Shown here one piece after another: positions 41,910 through 51,456 of a DNA stretch of 64,000 bases. Below the pieces are notes generated by a model that had not been told where the DNA came from, made no database searches, and saw only the letters and a program-made list of their open reading frames with translations. The first letter of the stretch is position 1; every line of letters begins with the position of its first letter. The position numbers were made by a program, and so were the translations under genes. The DNA comes from a candidate division FCPU426 bacterium (lineage in GTDB: Bacteria; Oederibacteriota; Muellerivitia; Muellerivitales; Muellerivitaceae), in the NCBI GenBank assembly GCA_963796105.1, contig CAWCKJ010000013.1, positions 27,882-91,881 on the forward strand, given 5' to 3'.

Positions 41910-42772
41910 CCAAGCCAAAGATTAAAAATATTCCTGTATCCGTTCATCGTCGCTTGCTGAATATCGCTAAAGCCCGTGGTGAAGATTTCCAATACGTTCT
42001 TACCCGGTATGCTTTGGAAAGATTCTTGTATCGGCTGGGGATTTCTACTCATCGGAAACGGTTCGTCCTGAAAGGGGCGATGTTGTTCCAAATATGGTCG
42101 CCGGATATCCATCGTATGACCCGTGACTTGGATCTGCTGGATTCCAATAACCATGAGGCCGCAAAAGTGATCCAAGCTATCCACGAAGTTCTAGGAGCCA
42201 AAGTCCCTGATGATGGATTGGTTTTTGAAAGTAAATCAATTCGTTGGGCGCCTATTCGGGAAGGACAGGCTTATCACGGAGTACGCCTTCATATCATGTC
42301 CAAGTTAGGAAATGCCCGCATCCCCTTACAAGTTGACGTTGGTTTTGGGGACTTAGTGATTCCTAAACCTGTTCGGACAAAGTATCCCGTCTTGCTAGAG
42401 TTCCCGTCGCCCAATGTTCTTGCTTATGCCAAGGAATTAGTGGTGGCCGAAAAACTCCACGCGATGGTTGTTCACGGAATGGACAATAGCCGTATGAAAG
42501 ACTATTACGACATTTGGTTTCTTTCTAAACACTTCGATTTTTCAAACATCAGGCTTTCAAAAGCTATCCAAGCTACGTTTAAACGCCGCAAAACGGCGCT
42601 TCCTTCCGGGTGGCCGGTTGGCTTAACCGAAGAGTTCTTCACGGATTCAAGGGTGATAATCCAATGGAACGCCTTTTGGAAAAAGGCCGCTTTGCCTGGA
42701 AAAGTTATACCCTTGAAAAGACTGGGGAAGGAAATGAAGATTTTTTTAAAGCCCTTTTTACAAATGGAATAA
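41906..42772 (+). CDS. abiEii: Type IV TA toxin AbiEii nucleotidyltransferase
   Basis: FVLKGAML, RMTRDLD, VAEKLHAM, NSRMKDYYD. ATGA overlap with abiEi. Confidence 0.9.
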   Translation: MTKPKIKNIPVSVHRRLLNIAKARGEDFQYVLTRYALERFLYRLGISTHRKRFVLKGAMLFQIWSPDIHRMTRDLDLLDSNNHEAAKVIQAIHEVLGAKVPDDGLVFESKSIRWAPIREGQAYHGVRLHIMSKLGNARIPLQVDVGFGDLVIPKPVRTKYPVLLEFPSPNVLAYAKELVVAEKLHAMVVHGMDNSRMKDYYDIWFLSKHFDFSNIRLSKAIQATFKRRKTALPSGWPVGLTEEFFTDSRVIIQWNAFWKKAALPGKVIPLKRLGKEMKIFLKPFLQME

Positions 42773-42879
42773 AAGAGAATAGATTTTGTAGAGATTCAAA
42801 ATTTTTAAAAGTTTCGTGAACACCAACGAGAGGTTATTGAGTAATAGAACAACCAGAGATCGTGGGTTATTGAACAGGA

Positions 42880-43794
42880 ATGGAGCAACAAATGAAAAAA
42901 ATCGCATTGATTATTATTGCAAATTTTCTATTTATGAATGGTTTTACAAACCTCGGCAATGCCGAAGATTTGGAAAAATCAATGAATGAAAAAGCGGCAC
43001 GGGAGCTTTATTACAATCAGCAAAAACATTCAAATCCGCAGATAATTGATATGGATTGCGAAATAAATGATACGGAAATAAAACCATCTTTTGATGGTGC
43101 CGTTGGGGTGGGTGGGCACGTAAATTTTGAATTGGGAACAAAAGTCAAATCCACAAAAATTAGTTGGAATCTAAAAGACGATGAGTTCTTAACAAGCCAA
43201 AAATTAACAATTATTGACGATAAATCAAAAAGCAGAAAGGTTATAAAACTGGACCTTGCTGTCAGGGAATATACGGACAAACAATCGTATACGGGTTCAA
43301 TGAGGAATGGTTTTATCACCGGAAGGCATTATGAGCTTGAGGTTGAAGACGAAAAATGGATTTGGGCGGGCGGGGACAGGGCTACCGTTGATATTCAATT
43401 TGGATTGATGACTTATTACGGCTGTTCTTCAAAACTAACGCTCAATGATTCAGATATCAATGATTTCTCGATTCAGTTAGGTATAGGGCCGTATAGTGAG
43501 AAGAACGAATTTTTAGACATAACGGCAGAAAACCAATATTTCTTCGTCATCTACCCCAAAAAGGACGTGACCGCCAACCTTAGTTTTAAATATTTTGAAG
43601 GAGCTTCGACCTATGTTGACGCTTCAAGTGGTTTGACGGTACACAGAACAGGCACCTCATTCAATTGGCCCGTTTTCACAAAGTGGATTCTTGTTAAAAA
43701 GAAGCATAAAAATTCCTCTGGGTTTATAAGCGATTACAATATTTATAGAACTAAAGAACCTTTAAACGGTACCTACTGCTTTACTCGAAATTGA
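42880..43794 (+). CDS. Exported hypothetical protein (island cargo)
   Basis: 304-aa ORF with an MKKIALIII... signal-like sequence. Beta-rich and AT-rich. Confidence 0.6.
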   Translation: MEQQMKKIALIIIANFLFMNGFTNLGNAEDLEKSMNEKAARELYYNQQKHSNPQIIDMDCEINDTEIKPSFDGAVGVGGHVNFELGTKVKSTKISWNLKDDEFLTSQKLTIIDDKSKSRKVIKLDLAVREYTDKQSYTGSMRNGFITGRHYELEVEDEKWIWAGGDRATVDIQFGLMTYYGCSSKLTLNDSDINDFSIQLGIGPYSEKNEFLDITAENQYFFVIYPKKDVTANLSFKYFEGASTYVDASSGLTVHRTGTSFNWPVFTKWILVKKKHKNSSGFISDYNIYRTKEPLNGTYCFTRN

Positions 43795-43989
43795 ACATGG
43801 TGAACACTGCTTTCTTTTCCGATTTCAGCAAATCGAGAGGGCATTAAAGTGGGCTCAAAATATTTTTTTGGGAATTATCCGCTTAACTCCCCTAAGGCTA
43901 GTAGTGCCTTATTCAATGCAGGTTGGATGCCCTAGGAACAGCCCCTATAATAAGCTCAATCTTAGGACTATTTGTGGGAAGTGGTTAAG

Positions 43990-44610
43990 ATGGAAATATT
44001 TCTTACGGTTGGAATTGGGGTTTTCATGCTTGCGGTTTTGGGGGCTTTTGTGACCCTTTATCCTTGCATAGAGGCTTTTAAATGGGGAATCGTTTTTGTT
44101 GGCACTTTAGGATTTTTGATTTGTTTAGTGTTGGCAATTAGGGCTTTGATTAATAATTTCAGTCTTTATGTTTTTAGACACGTTGTTGAAAAGAAAATAA
44201 AGCAAGGATGGGAATTGTATAACACTGAATTAGAGAGTACTTGGGGTTCATCTGCTTGTAATTCATTTGGTCAATATGATGTTTCAAAAGGTAGTTTTCC
44301 GCGCCGTTTTGCATGGTGGAGATTTTGGGTTGATAGAGTTATTTTCGAAGGTTTTTTTCCCGAAAGAAAAAATTATCCATTTCCGAAAGGTCAGTTGCCG
44401 AAATTAAAAGAATCTAATGAGGAGGGCGATTTTAGGAACTTTTTAAAAGATGATATCGCATTACTTATAAAATTAAGAAAAGAAACGCAAAGAGAGGAAA
44501 TAAACCCAAAACTTAAATTCTCCGCCTTGATGGAAATGTTACGGAAAGGAGAATGGAGTTATGAAAAAAGTAAAGAGAACTATGAAATCGTAGAACAAAA
44601 AATCGATTAA
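43990..44610 (+). CDS. Membrane hypothetical protein (island cargo)
   Basis: Two N-terminal TM segments and a charged soluble domain. Confidence 0.55.
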   Translation: MEIFLTVGIGVFMLAVLGAFVTLYPCIEAFKWGIVFVGTLGFLICLVLAIRALINNFSLYVFRHVVEKKIKQGWELYNTELESTWGSSACNSFGQYDVSKGSFPRRFAWWRFWVDRVIFEGFFPERKNYPFPKGQLPKLKESNEEGDFRNFLKDDIALLIKLRKETQREEINPKLKFSALMEMLRKGEWSYEKSKENYEIVEQKID

Positions 44611-44671
44611 GGGCCGAATGTACGACACCCAAAGGCATCACAAGCCATTACTGCTTAAAGACAGGTAAAAA

Positions 44672-45985
44672 ATGATTATTAAAAATTTATTCGTTTTGGT
44701 AGTTTGTTCATTCTTTTTAAGTGGCTGTGCGACTATTTTCAATGGTTTTGATAGGACAGACACACCTTCAGAAAAAAAATTAGTCGATGCAAAAGAAACG
44801 GTTCAAAACTCGTCTAATGAAATTGGCTTTAACTACCAGTTCATTCGGAAAAACAGTACTCCGTTTTTGCAAGTTGATGTCCAGCGATACACGAGCCAAC
44901 AAGTTAATGTTCGCAACACCTATGAATCCGATGTTAAAACTAAAAGTGAATTAAACGGTCATGGCCATTTTTTACGTTCATGGGACGCAGGTTGGTTTGG
45001 GGCTGGTGTATTTTGCGCTACAACACCTCTTTGGGGAGCATATGACCCGACTACTGGATCAGGTGTTAAGCCACAGGATGCCCAAAACGCTCAATATGTC
45101 GGTTTTGGTTTGATGGCTATCAGTGGAGTTAGTTTTTTGATTGATACTTTAAGCCAAGGTACTAGTTCTCATGTTCAAACAGACGTTGAAAACAAAACGG
45201 TTTATAAAAAATTTAACGAAGTGCCTTGTTCGGGTTGTTTGGTTACGCTGGATTTAGGTGATAATGGAAAAACGGATTTTAAAACTGGTAATGACGGAAC
45301 GATAAATATAGACCTGAACAAATTAAGTGCATTAGAGGGGCGTTGGGCGGAGGTTCCGTGGGGAAAACTCAGTGCGAATGATGGCCAGAGTAATGCTGTG
45401 ACAAACATAGTAATTGATCCTACATGGGCCGACGAACACGAAAAATTGTTGGTCAAAAATCATCTGGCCACTGTTGCAGAGCTTATCAAGACGAAAAAAT
45501 ACAGAGAGGCTTTTGAAAAATTATCTGCTTGGAAAAGTCGTGTTGATGAAGATAATTGGAATTTTTACATAGCGAAACTAAAAGGTCCGTTGGATTTGAA
45601 TGTTGATGATAGTGAGTATAGTCCGCCCGTCAAAAAAAGTGGTGGCACGACCCAAGAGTACGATGAACAGTATCGCTTTTACACGTTGGGGCAACGCGGG
45701 ACTGCAGAAGATGGCAATGTTGTTATTGGCAATATTAAAATTGTTCAAAGGGTTAACTCATCTTGTTTTTTAATCAGCTATGAACCACAAGAGGGATACA
45801 TTGATTTTTATTATTTGACTCATGCTAGTAAAATGAATGTCGTTGATGACCAACGGGTTTTAATTCGAGCTCAAGTTGATGGCACAAAAACTTACACAAC
45901 AACCCTGGGTGTTGAAAAAACTGTCGTGGCGCTGAGATTATTGAAGTGCACTATTGATGGTACGACAGGGATAAAAGGGGATTGA
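44672..45985 (+). CDS. Lipoprotein of unknown function (island cargo)
   Basis: Lipobox LSGC. C-terminal OB-fold-like GTKTYTTTLG. Confidence 0.65.
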   Translation: MIIKNLFVLVVCSFFLSGCATIFNGFDRTDTPSEKKLVDAKETVQNSSNEIGFNYQFIRKNSTPFLQVDVQRYTSQQVNVRNTYESDVKTKSELNGHGHFLRSWDAGWFGAGVFCATTPLWGAYDPTTGSGVKPQDAQNAQYVGFGLMAISGVSFLIDTLSQGTSSHVQTDVENKTVYKKFNEVPCSGCLVTLDLGDNGKTDFKTGNDGTINIDLNKLSALEGRWAEVPWGKLSANDGQSNAVTNIVIDPTWADEHEKLLVKNHLATVAELIKTKKYREAFEKLSAWKSRVDEDNWNFYIAKLKGPLDLNVDDSEYSPPVKKSGGTTQEYDEQYRFYTLGQRGTAEDGNVVIGNIKIVQRVNSSCFLISYEPQEGYIDFYYLTHASKMNVVDDQRVLIRAQVDGTKTYTTTLGVEKTVVALRLLKCTIDGTTGIKGD

Positions 45986-46459
45986 AGCCTCAAGGGTTGC
46001 GGTGGATAATTCACTCCCATTCGATTGCAAAATGATTAGTTTCACTTTGTCATCAACTTACAAGTTATCGATAAATCTGTCCAAGTCGGGAACCCATCGT
46101 GGTCACCTAAAATGATGCTTAACTTTTGCCACTTGTGCATGAGTGAGTTTGATACGGATATGACAGGGCCTTCTGCTAGTTAAGCAAGAGGGTAGGAAAA
46201 CGACTTAAAATTTGACCTCCTCCCATGAAAGCAGGAGGCTTGACGGGTTTCGGCCATTTTTTTGGTGTCATATACGTGTCAAACTCGACCATCAAAATCG
46301 GGTTTTGACCGTCGTCAAGTGTCCTTGACCGTCGCCAACAAAAAAGGCCTCCGCTTGCTTGGGTTGTAAAACCCTTACAGGCAAAGGCCTTTGAAAATGT
46401 GCTGGGGACTAGTTTATTTTTTAAAACATCCTGGCTGGGTCGGCAAAGGCTTCCGAGTT

Positions 46460-46506
46460 CCTGTCACGCAGGAGGTCGCGGGTTCGAGCCCCGTCAACCC
46501 CGCCAT
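46460..46506 (+). repeat. att site: duplicated 3' half of tRNA-Asp
   Basis: Identical to 36004-36050. Confidence 0.95.
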
Positions 46507-46536
46507 TTTAAAAAATCAATGTCACAGGCCAATTTC

Positions 46537-46590
46537 AAAAGCCTTTGTTTGCAACGACTTTAGCGAGTCTAGCGGACAAAGGCTTTTTTT
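46537..46590 (+). terminator. Terminator-like hairpin after the att repeat
   Basis: aaaagcctttgt...acaaaggctttt followed by T run. Confidence 0.55.
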
Positions 46591-46771
46591 GTATCCATGG
46601 ACAACCATGGTCATCCTTGGCAATCCAGGGCTAAACATGACTGAATAAGACACGAATAAGACTCCTGGTTTTTCTTAACCTTTGGTCTTTTATGAACTTG
46701 CCAACATCGGGCGACAGGCATAAAAGTAAAAGTGTTCGAGTGTTTCAAATACAACACAAGAAAAACCTGCC

Positions 46772-48671
46772 ATGAATTTTGGAAACTTTTTTAAAGCGAT
46801 TGAGAAGCACACTCCCCCGGTCTTAGGCGGATTTGGGGTCTATTCGGGCCTTAAATTCACCCTAGAGGTTCTAGGGGATCATTTCCCCATCCGTCACCCC
46901 CTTTGACACGGTTTCAGCCCTTTCCGTTGGTTTTCTCTACCTGTTTGAGAAGCATGTCCGAATGAACCACGTATTAGCCTTAGCCCCTGCCGTTATAGCC
47001 CTAGCCTTTTGCCATGATTTTTTCGGGGTGTTCCTGGGAACCGAGGGGTTCACGGGGGATGTGGTCATGGGGCTTTCCATCCTGATCGGTTTTTGCATTT
47101 ATTTCATTCACTTCTTTATGAGGCATATCCCGGAACATCCGGGCGAGTCGCCCCGTCATGAAGGCGGAAAATTCTCTTTATACCTAGATGCGGAAAACAA
47201 GTTTTTCATTCCTGCTGAACTGCTCAAATACCACACGGAAGTCATCGGATCTTCCGGCATGGGGAAAACAAACATTTTCAACCACATGATTGAGCAGGGG
47301 ATCAGGAACGGTTTGGGGATGTTCGTGTTTGACGCCAAATCCAACTACAACAAACACATTCCCTATTACGCCCAGAAATACGGACGACTCCATGACCTCA
47401 AGTATTTTGATTTGGCAGATGTGAAAAGAAGCCAGACTTACAACCCGGACTTTAAGGACAAACCGGACGAGGTCTTCAATGGCCTCATGAAGTCGATCTT
47501 TTACGGCCCTGTGACCCAGGAATATTACCGGGACCAAGCTAGCGACGTTTTGAGCAACCTTACCAACCTTCTTTTCTTGGAGTTCAAGCACGTCACCAGG
47601 ATGGATTACCAGAACCTTATCTCAAACGAGATTAGGTCGTTCGATTCGATCAAAGTCTTGGCTCGGAAACACGAGGACACCGTCTCGGGGAAATACTTCC
47701 TGGAGAAGTGGGTCAATATGTCGGAGAAGGACAGGGAACTTAATCTTTCAGGGTTAACCAGCAAATTGGCCCGTTTCACCACCCGCGAATGGTCACCCCT
47801 TATTAATACCCTAAACCCTGATATCAAGATGAGGGATGTGGTTGAGAAGCAACAGATATTCCTTTTCGGAACCTCTTCCCTGGTAAACCAGGAGGACTCC
47901 AAACCGGTCATTATTTCGGCCCTAACTGACTTGGCGGGGGTTATAGGGCGGAGGCTTATTGAGAAGCCGGAAAGGCCCTTTTTCGTCTTTTTGGACGAGT
48001 TCTATACCGCCGCTTATCCGGGTCTTAACGACCTTATTTCTCTGGGACGCGAAGCCAATGTTTGCTTCTTTCTAGCCCACCACAGCTTGGGCCAGTTGGG
48101 GGCGGTCAGCCAAGAGTTTAAGGACGACATTCTCACCAACACCAACCACAAAATCGTGATGAACATCACGGAGAAAGACACGGTGGACTTCTTTGCTTCG
48201 ATATTCGGAACAAAGGTCACCAAGAAAGACGTTTATTCCTATGACACCCGTGCTTCCCAGCCTAGGGGAAGGACTGAGAAACAAGACGAGGAGTTCATCA
48301 TCCATCCCAATTACTTGAGGGGAATGAAACGCGGGGAAGCTGTATGCAGGATCGTATATGTCGGGGGACCGAAGGTTTTCAAGATGAAGCTAAAGGAAGT
48401 TAAACCGCCGCCTAGGGAATTCGATTATGTGGGGTGTGTCCCAATACGAAACAACCATTTGAAGCAAAACGAGTTCAACAAGATTGAAGTGCTTAAGATT
48501 ATTTCTGCCTCGAAACCAACCGCACCACCAAAACCCGTAAAGGCTGAAACTAAGAAACCGGAAACATCAAATAAACCTGTGAAGGTAGAACCTCCGAAAC
48601 CAGAAACACCAACCAAGGAAGTGAAAGCTCCGAACGCATTACATAAACCCGATTTTGGTAAAACCAGTTGA
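46772..48671 (+). CDS. Second type IV coupling protein (TraD-like). N-terminus probably extends to 46772 through a frameshift near 46887
   Basis: GSSGMGKT, DAKS, VFLDEF, LAHHSLGQL. Paralogous to 38712..40499. The upstream hydrophobic frame joins at a C run. Confidence 0.85.
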
Positions 48672-49489
48672 TGGGAGGAAAGCCGAGAGACCTACTCCCC
48701 ATGACCGTAGTTGAAGAGGAACGATTGGTTTGGATTCACTCAAACAAGTTTATTGTCCCGGAATTGTTTAATAAAAAGTTTATTCCTTCCCAATCCTACC
48801 GCCATGCCTGTCGCGTATTGAACGAATACGCCACCCCGGAAGTTGGGTTCCTTCATGTGCAACAAGATAATATTTTTCAAAGGGCGAATTATTTCTTAAC
48901 CGCACACGCCATCCGAACCTTGGATGCGACAAGCAAGATTTTAGTCAGAAGCACAAAGTATCCCGTCAAAATTAACTCGAAAGAAAAGGATCATGACCTT
49001 TTAGTGCAGACTTTGCGAATTTCTTTCGAGGCTAATGAAGACCTGAAAAATGTATTTTGGGTTTCTGATTTTGAATTGCGTTCGGGAATTAGTCCGTCCG
49101 TAAAGGCCGAATTCCTTGAGGGCAAACTGAATAAAGGAAAGTGGCGTTCTATTGGTTTTAACCCCAACCCCAAAGGAAGAAGAACCCCGGATGGTTACTT
49201 TGAAGCAGACCTGGATGGGGAAAGGATGGCCTTCACTCTTGAATATGAACACCAGCCTTATGGGGATAAGAAAATCAGCGATATGGTCGATAACTTGAAA
49301 GACGGTTATCCCCACGCTTTCAAGCTTGTGGTTTCGTCAGGATATAAGTACGCCTTGCGAATGATCCGGGCGCTCAAATTGAAGGTTAAGGCCGGGGACC
49401 AAGAAAAGTGGTTTGTGACGGATTTAGAAAAGGCAACTAACCAATCGTTCAAGGGGATTTGGCACCAGCTCGATAAACCCCTGGATTAG
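48668..49489 (+). CDS. Second Replic_Relax-like protein
   Basis: Shares IHSNKFI, HD, W.SD.E.R.G and RRTPDGYF.A.L.G....LEYEH.PY with 37823..38725. Confidence 0.72.
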   Translation: MMGGKPRDLLPMTVVEEERLVWIHSNKFIVPELFNKKFIPSQSYRHACRVLNEYATPEVGFLHVQQDNIFQRANYFLTAHAIRTLDATSKILVRSTKYPVKINSKEKDHDLLVQTLRISFEANEDLKNVFWVSDFELRSGISPSVKAEFLEGKLNKGKWRSIGFNPNPKGRRTPDGYFEADLDGERMAFTLEYEHQPYGDKKISDMVDNLKDGYPHAFKLVVSSGYKYALRMIRALKLKVKAGDQEKWFVTDLEKATNQSFKGIWHQLDKPLD

Positions 49490-49504
49490 GGGTAATGAGT
49501 TGTA

Positions 49505-49533
49505 TTGACGATACATAATATATTATGTATCAT
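49505..49533 (+). promoter_or_regulatory. Promoter with overlapping perfect 22-bp palindromic operator
   Basis: TTGACG-17 nt-TATCAT. Palindrome gatacataatatattatgtatc at 49510-49531. Confidence 0.75.
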
Positions 49534-49547
49534 TTTAGGGAGGGTAA

Positions 49548-49871
49548 ATGCAAATTCAAATTCAACCGGATTTCGACCGTTTCTTAATGGCGGTTTTAAC
49601 GGGGGAAGAGTTCGAGATTTATTCGGTTCAGCGGGACGAATTGTTGAACGACCCTCCGTCCCAAGGCGAACATGAAATGGTTATTGAAACGGAAAAGAGG
49701 TTTCTTAGATATGCAGTTTATGTTTCCCATGTGTTAGAGGTGATCTTTTTCTTGGCAGGTCATATCGAGCGAAAAGGAGAACCGAGGGAAAAGGATGTTA
49801 AAGCTCAAAAACACCATATCTGGAAGATAAAGGAGATGGAGGCTTATTATGCGGACGATTCAAAAGACTAA
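49548..49871 (+). CDS. Putative divergent RelE/HigB/Gp49-like toxin
   Basis: 107 aa, upstream of and overlapping an XRE-HTH gene. LRY...IFFLAGH..K..P..DV pattern. Confidence 0.45.
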   Translation: MQIQIQPDFDRFLMAVLTGEEFEIYSVQRDELLNDPPSQGEHEMVIETEKRFLRYAVYVSHVLEVIFFLAGHIERKGEPREKDVKAQKHHIWKIKEMEAYYADDSKD

Positions 49872-50250
49872 AAAGGTATCCCAAGGTAAGAAGGCGGCAT
49901 TAGATAAATTTTTGAAAGAGAATTACTTGCCCGGTAATGGGTCTGAATACCTTACTCGGCTTCAAAAAAGCAGACCTGATTTATACGAGCGACTTAAAAA
50001 TCCTTCGATTTCTGCTAGGCTGGCCGTAAAACTTGGCATGCTTCGCACTCGAAAAGGGTGGACTCAAAAACAAGCTGCTGCACGGGCTGAAATTGGAATG
50101 GCAACATACCAAAATTTGGAAGAAGCTAAACCGACCGCCAATCCAACACTCAAAGTTTTGGAAAGTTTAGCAGGTGCTTATGAAGTTAAGTTTGAAGAGC
50201 TATTTTCCCCAGTGGATCTTCTTTTAAGGCATGCCTCAAAATTGGGATAA
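49849..50250 (+). CDS. XRE-family HTH regulator, HigA-like antitoxin candidate
   Basis: LRTRKGWTQKQAAARAEIGMATYQNLE...NPTLKVLESLA. Confidence 0.8.
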   Translation: MRTIQKTKKVSQGKKAALDKFLKENYLPGNGSEYLTRLQKSRPDLYERLKNPSISARLAVKLGMLRTRKGWTQKQAAARAEIGMATYQNLEEAKPTANPTLKVLESLAGAYEVKFEELFSPVDLLLRHASKLG

Positions 50251-50421
50251 AACCCCATTGAATGATTTAATAGAAAACGGTAAGAACCACTTTTTTAATT
50301 CAAACATTTATTTCGTTTGATTTTGCCAATTGCGATACAAAAACTTATGCAAAAAATGTAATAGGCTTTAGAATCGAAAAACAAAATTAATGAATTCATC
50401 TCGCTTTTAACGAGGACAGTT

Positions 50422-51375
50422 ATGGCGGAATCAAAAAAACTCAATTTTCCAAGAATTAAAAAGGTCAAGTTAAGGCGGTTCTCACTATTTGATCAGTCGG
50501 ATAAAATTGATGAAACTCTTATAGATGGTGTTTCTTGTATCGTTGGAGCAAATGGGCTTGGAAAATCAACTTTTCTTACTACGATAAATTTTGCTCTTAC
50601 TGGCATAGTCCCGGAACCAAACAAACCTTTTAAATCAATTGATGAATTTTACCGGCATCGCTTAAATTTTTGTGAAGAGTATTTTGAGGGAAGAATCGAA
50701 GAACGTGACCGAGATGAGGCGGAAATTGAGTTAGAGTTTACTCTTGGCGGATCTGTTTTTCGAATAATACGGGGACTGTTTGAACCGGACACATTACGTG
50801 AATTCGAAATTAATAAGGGTGGTTCAAACAAGAAATATGAACAAGATAAATTTAATGGCGATCAAATTCAGGAAGCTTTTAAAGAGGAAATTGTTAAAGG
50901 GATAGGCATCAAATCATTTGAACAATTTGTATTTCTACAACATTACATATTCACATTTGATGAAAGCCGGCAACTGGTTTTTTGGGATACCGAGGTCTTA
51001 CAACAATGCCTTTATTTGGTATTTGGATTTGATTTTGAAACAGCAAATAAAGCAGACCTATTAAATCGAGAAATTCAAAAACAGGATTCCCTTGTTAGAA
51101 ATACGAACTACCAAGCTAGTGAGTTAAAAAAAACGATAGAAGAATTGAAGGATTCTGTTGAAGAGGCGAGCGACAATTCCAAAACAGAAGAGTTATTAAA
51201 AGAAAATGAAGAAATTGAAAACCTTATTGACGAACAGGAAAAAAGGGTTGAAAAGCTTCAAACGAAAATGGATGACGCCACTCTTTTGTTTTCGGAAATG
51301 AATTCGAAACATTCAGTTCTTAGGAATGAATACAACATTGAATTTGATCAACAATTAAAAACACACTCGCCATTA
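50422..51375 (+). pseudogene. SMC/Rad50-like ABC ATPase, truncated by IS21
   Basis: Walker A GANGLGKST then coiled coil. The last 10 codons of the listed ORF are IS sequence. No Walker B half in the window. Confidence 0.8.
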
Positions 51376-51456
51376 TGTAAACGCCGTTCCAAAAGTGTGA
51401 CGGTCTAGAGGGCAAAAAAGGCGGTCGAAAAGTGTGACGCTCCCCGATTTTCCGGG

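Larger units (their letters stand above)
36004..46506. mobile_element. Integrative (mobilizable-type) element inserted in tRNA-Asp, ~10.5 kb
   Basis: 47-bp direct repeat of the tRNA 3' half at 36004-36050 and 46460-46506. Contains tyrosine integrase, Xis, relaxase-like protein and T4CP. Confidence 0.92.

Noticed and set aside
46460..46506. Second tRNA-Asp gene
   Set aside because: Only the 3' half is present, with no D-arm or 5' acceptor strand. It is the att duplication.
36111..46506. Prophage or phage satellite
   Set aside because: No capsid, terminase, primase or tail genes. The T4CP and relaxase-like genes fit a mobilizable element.
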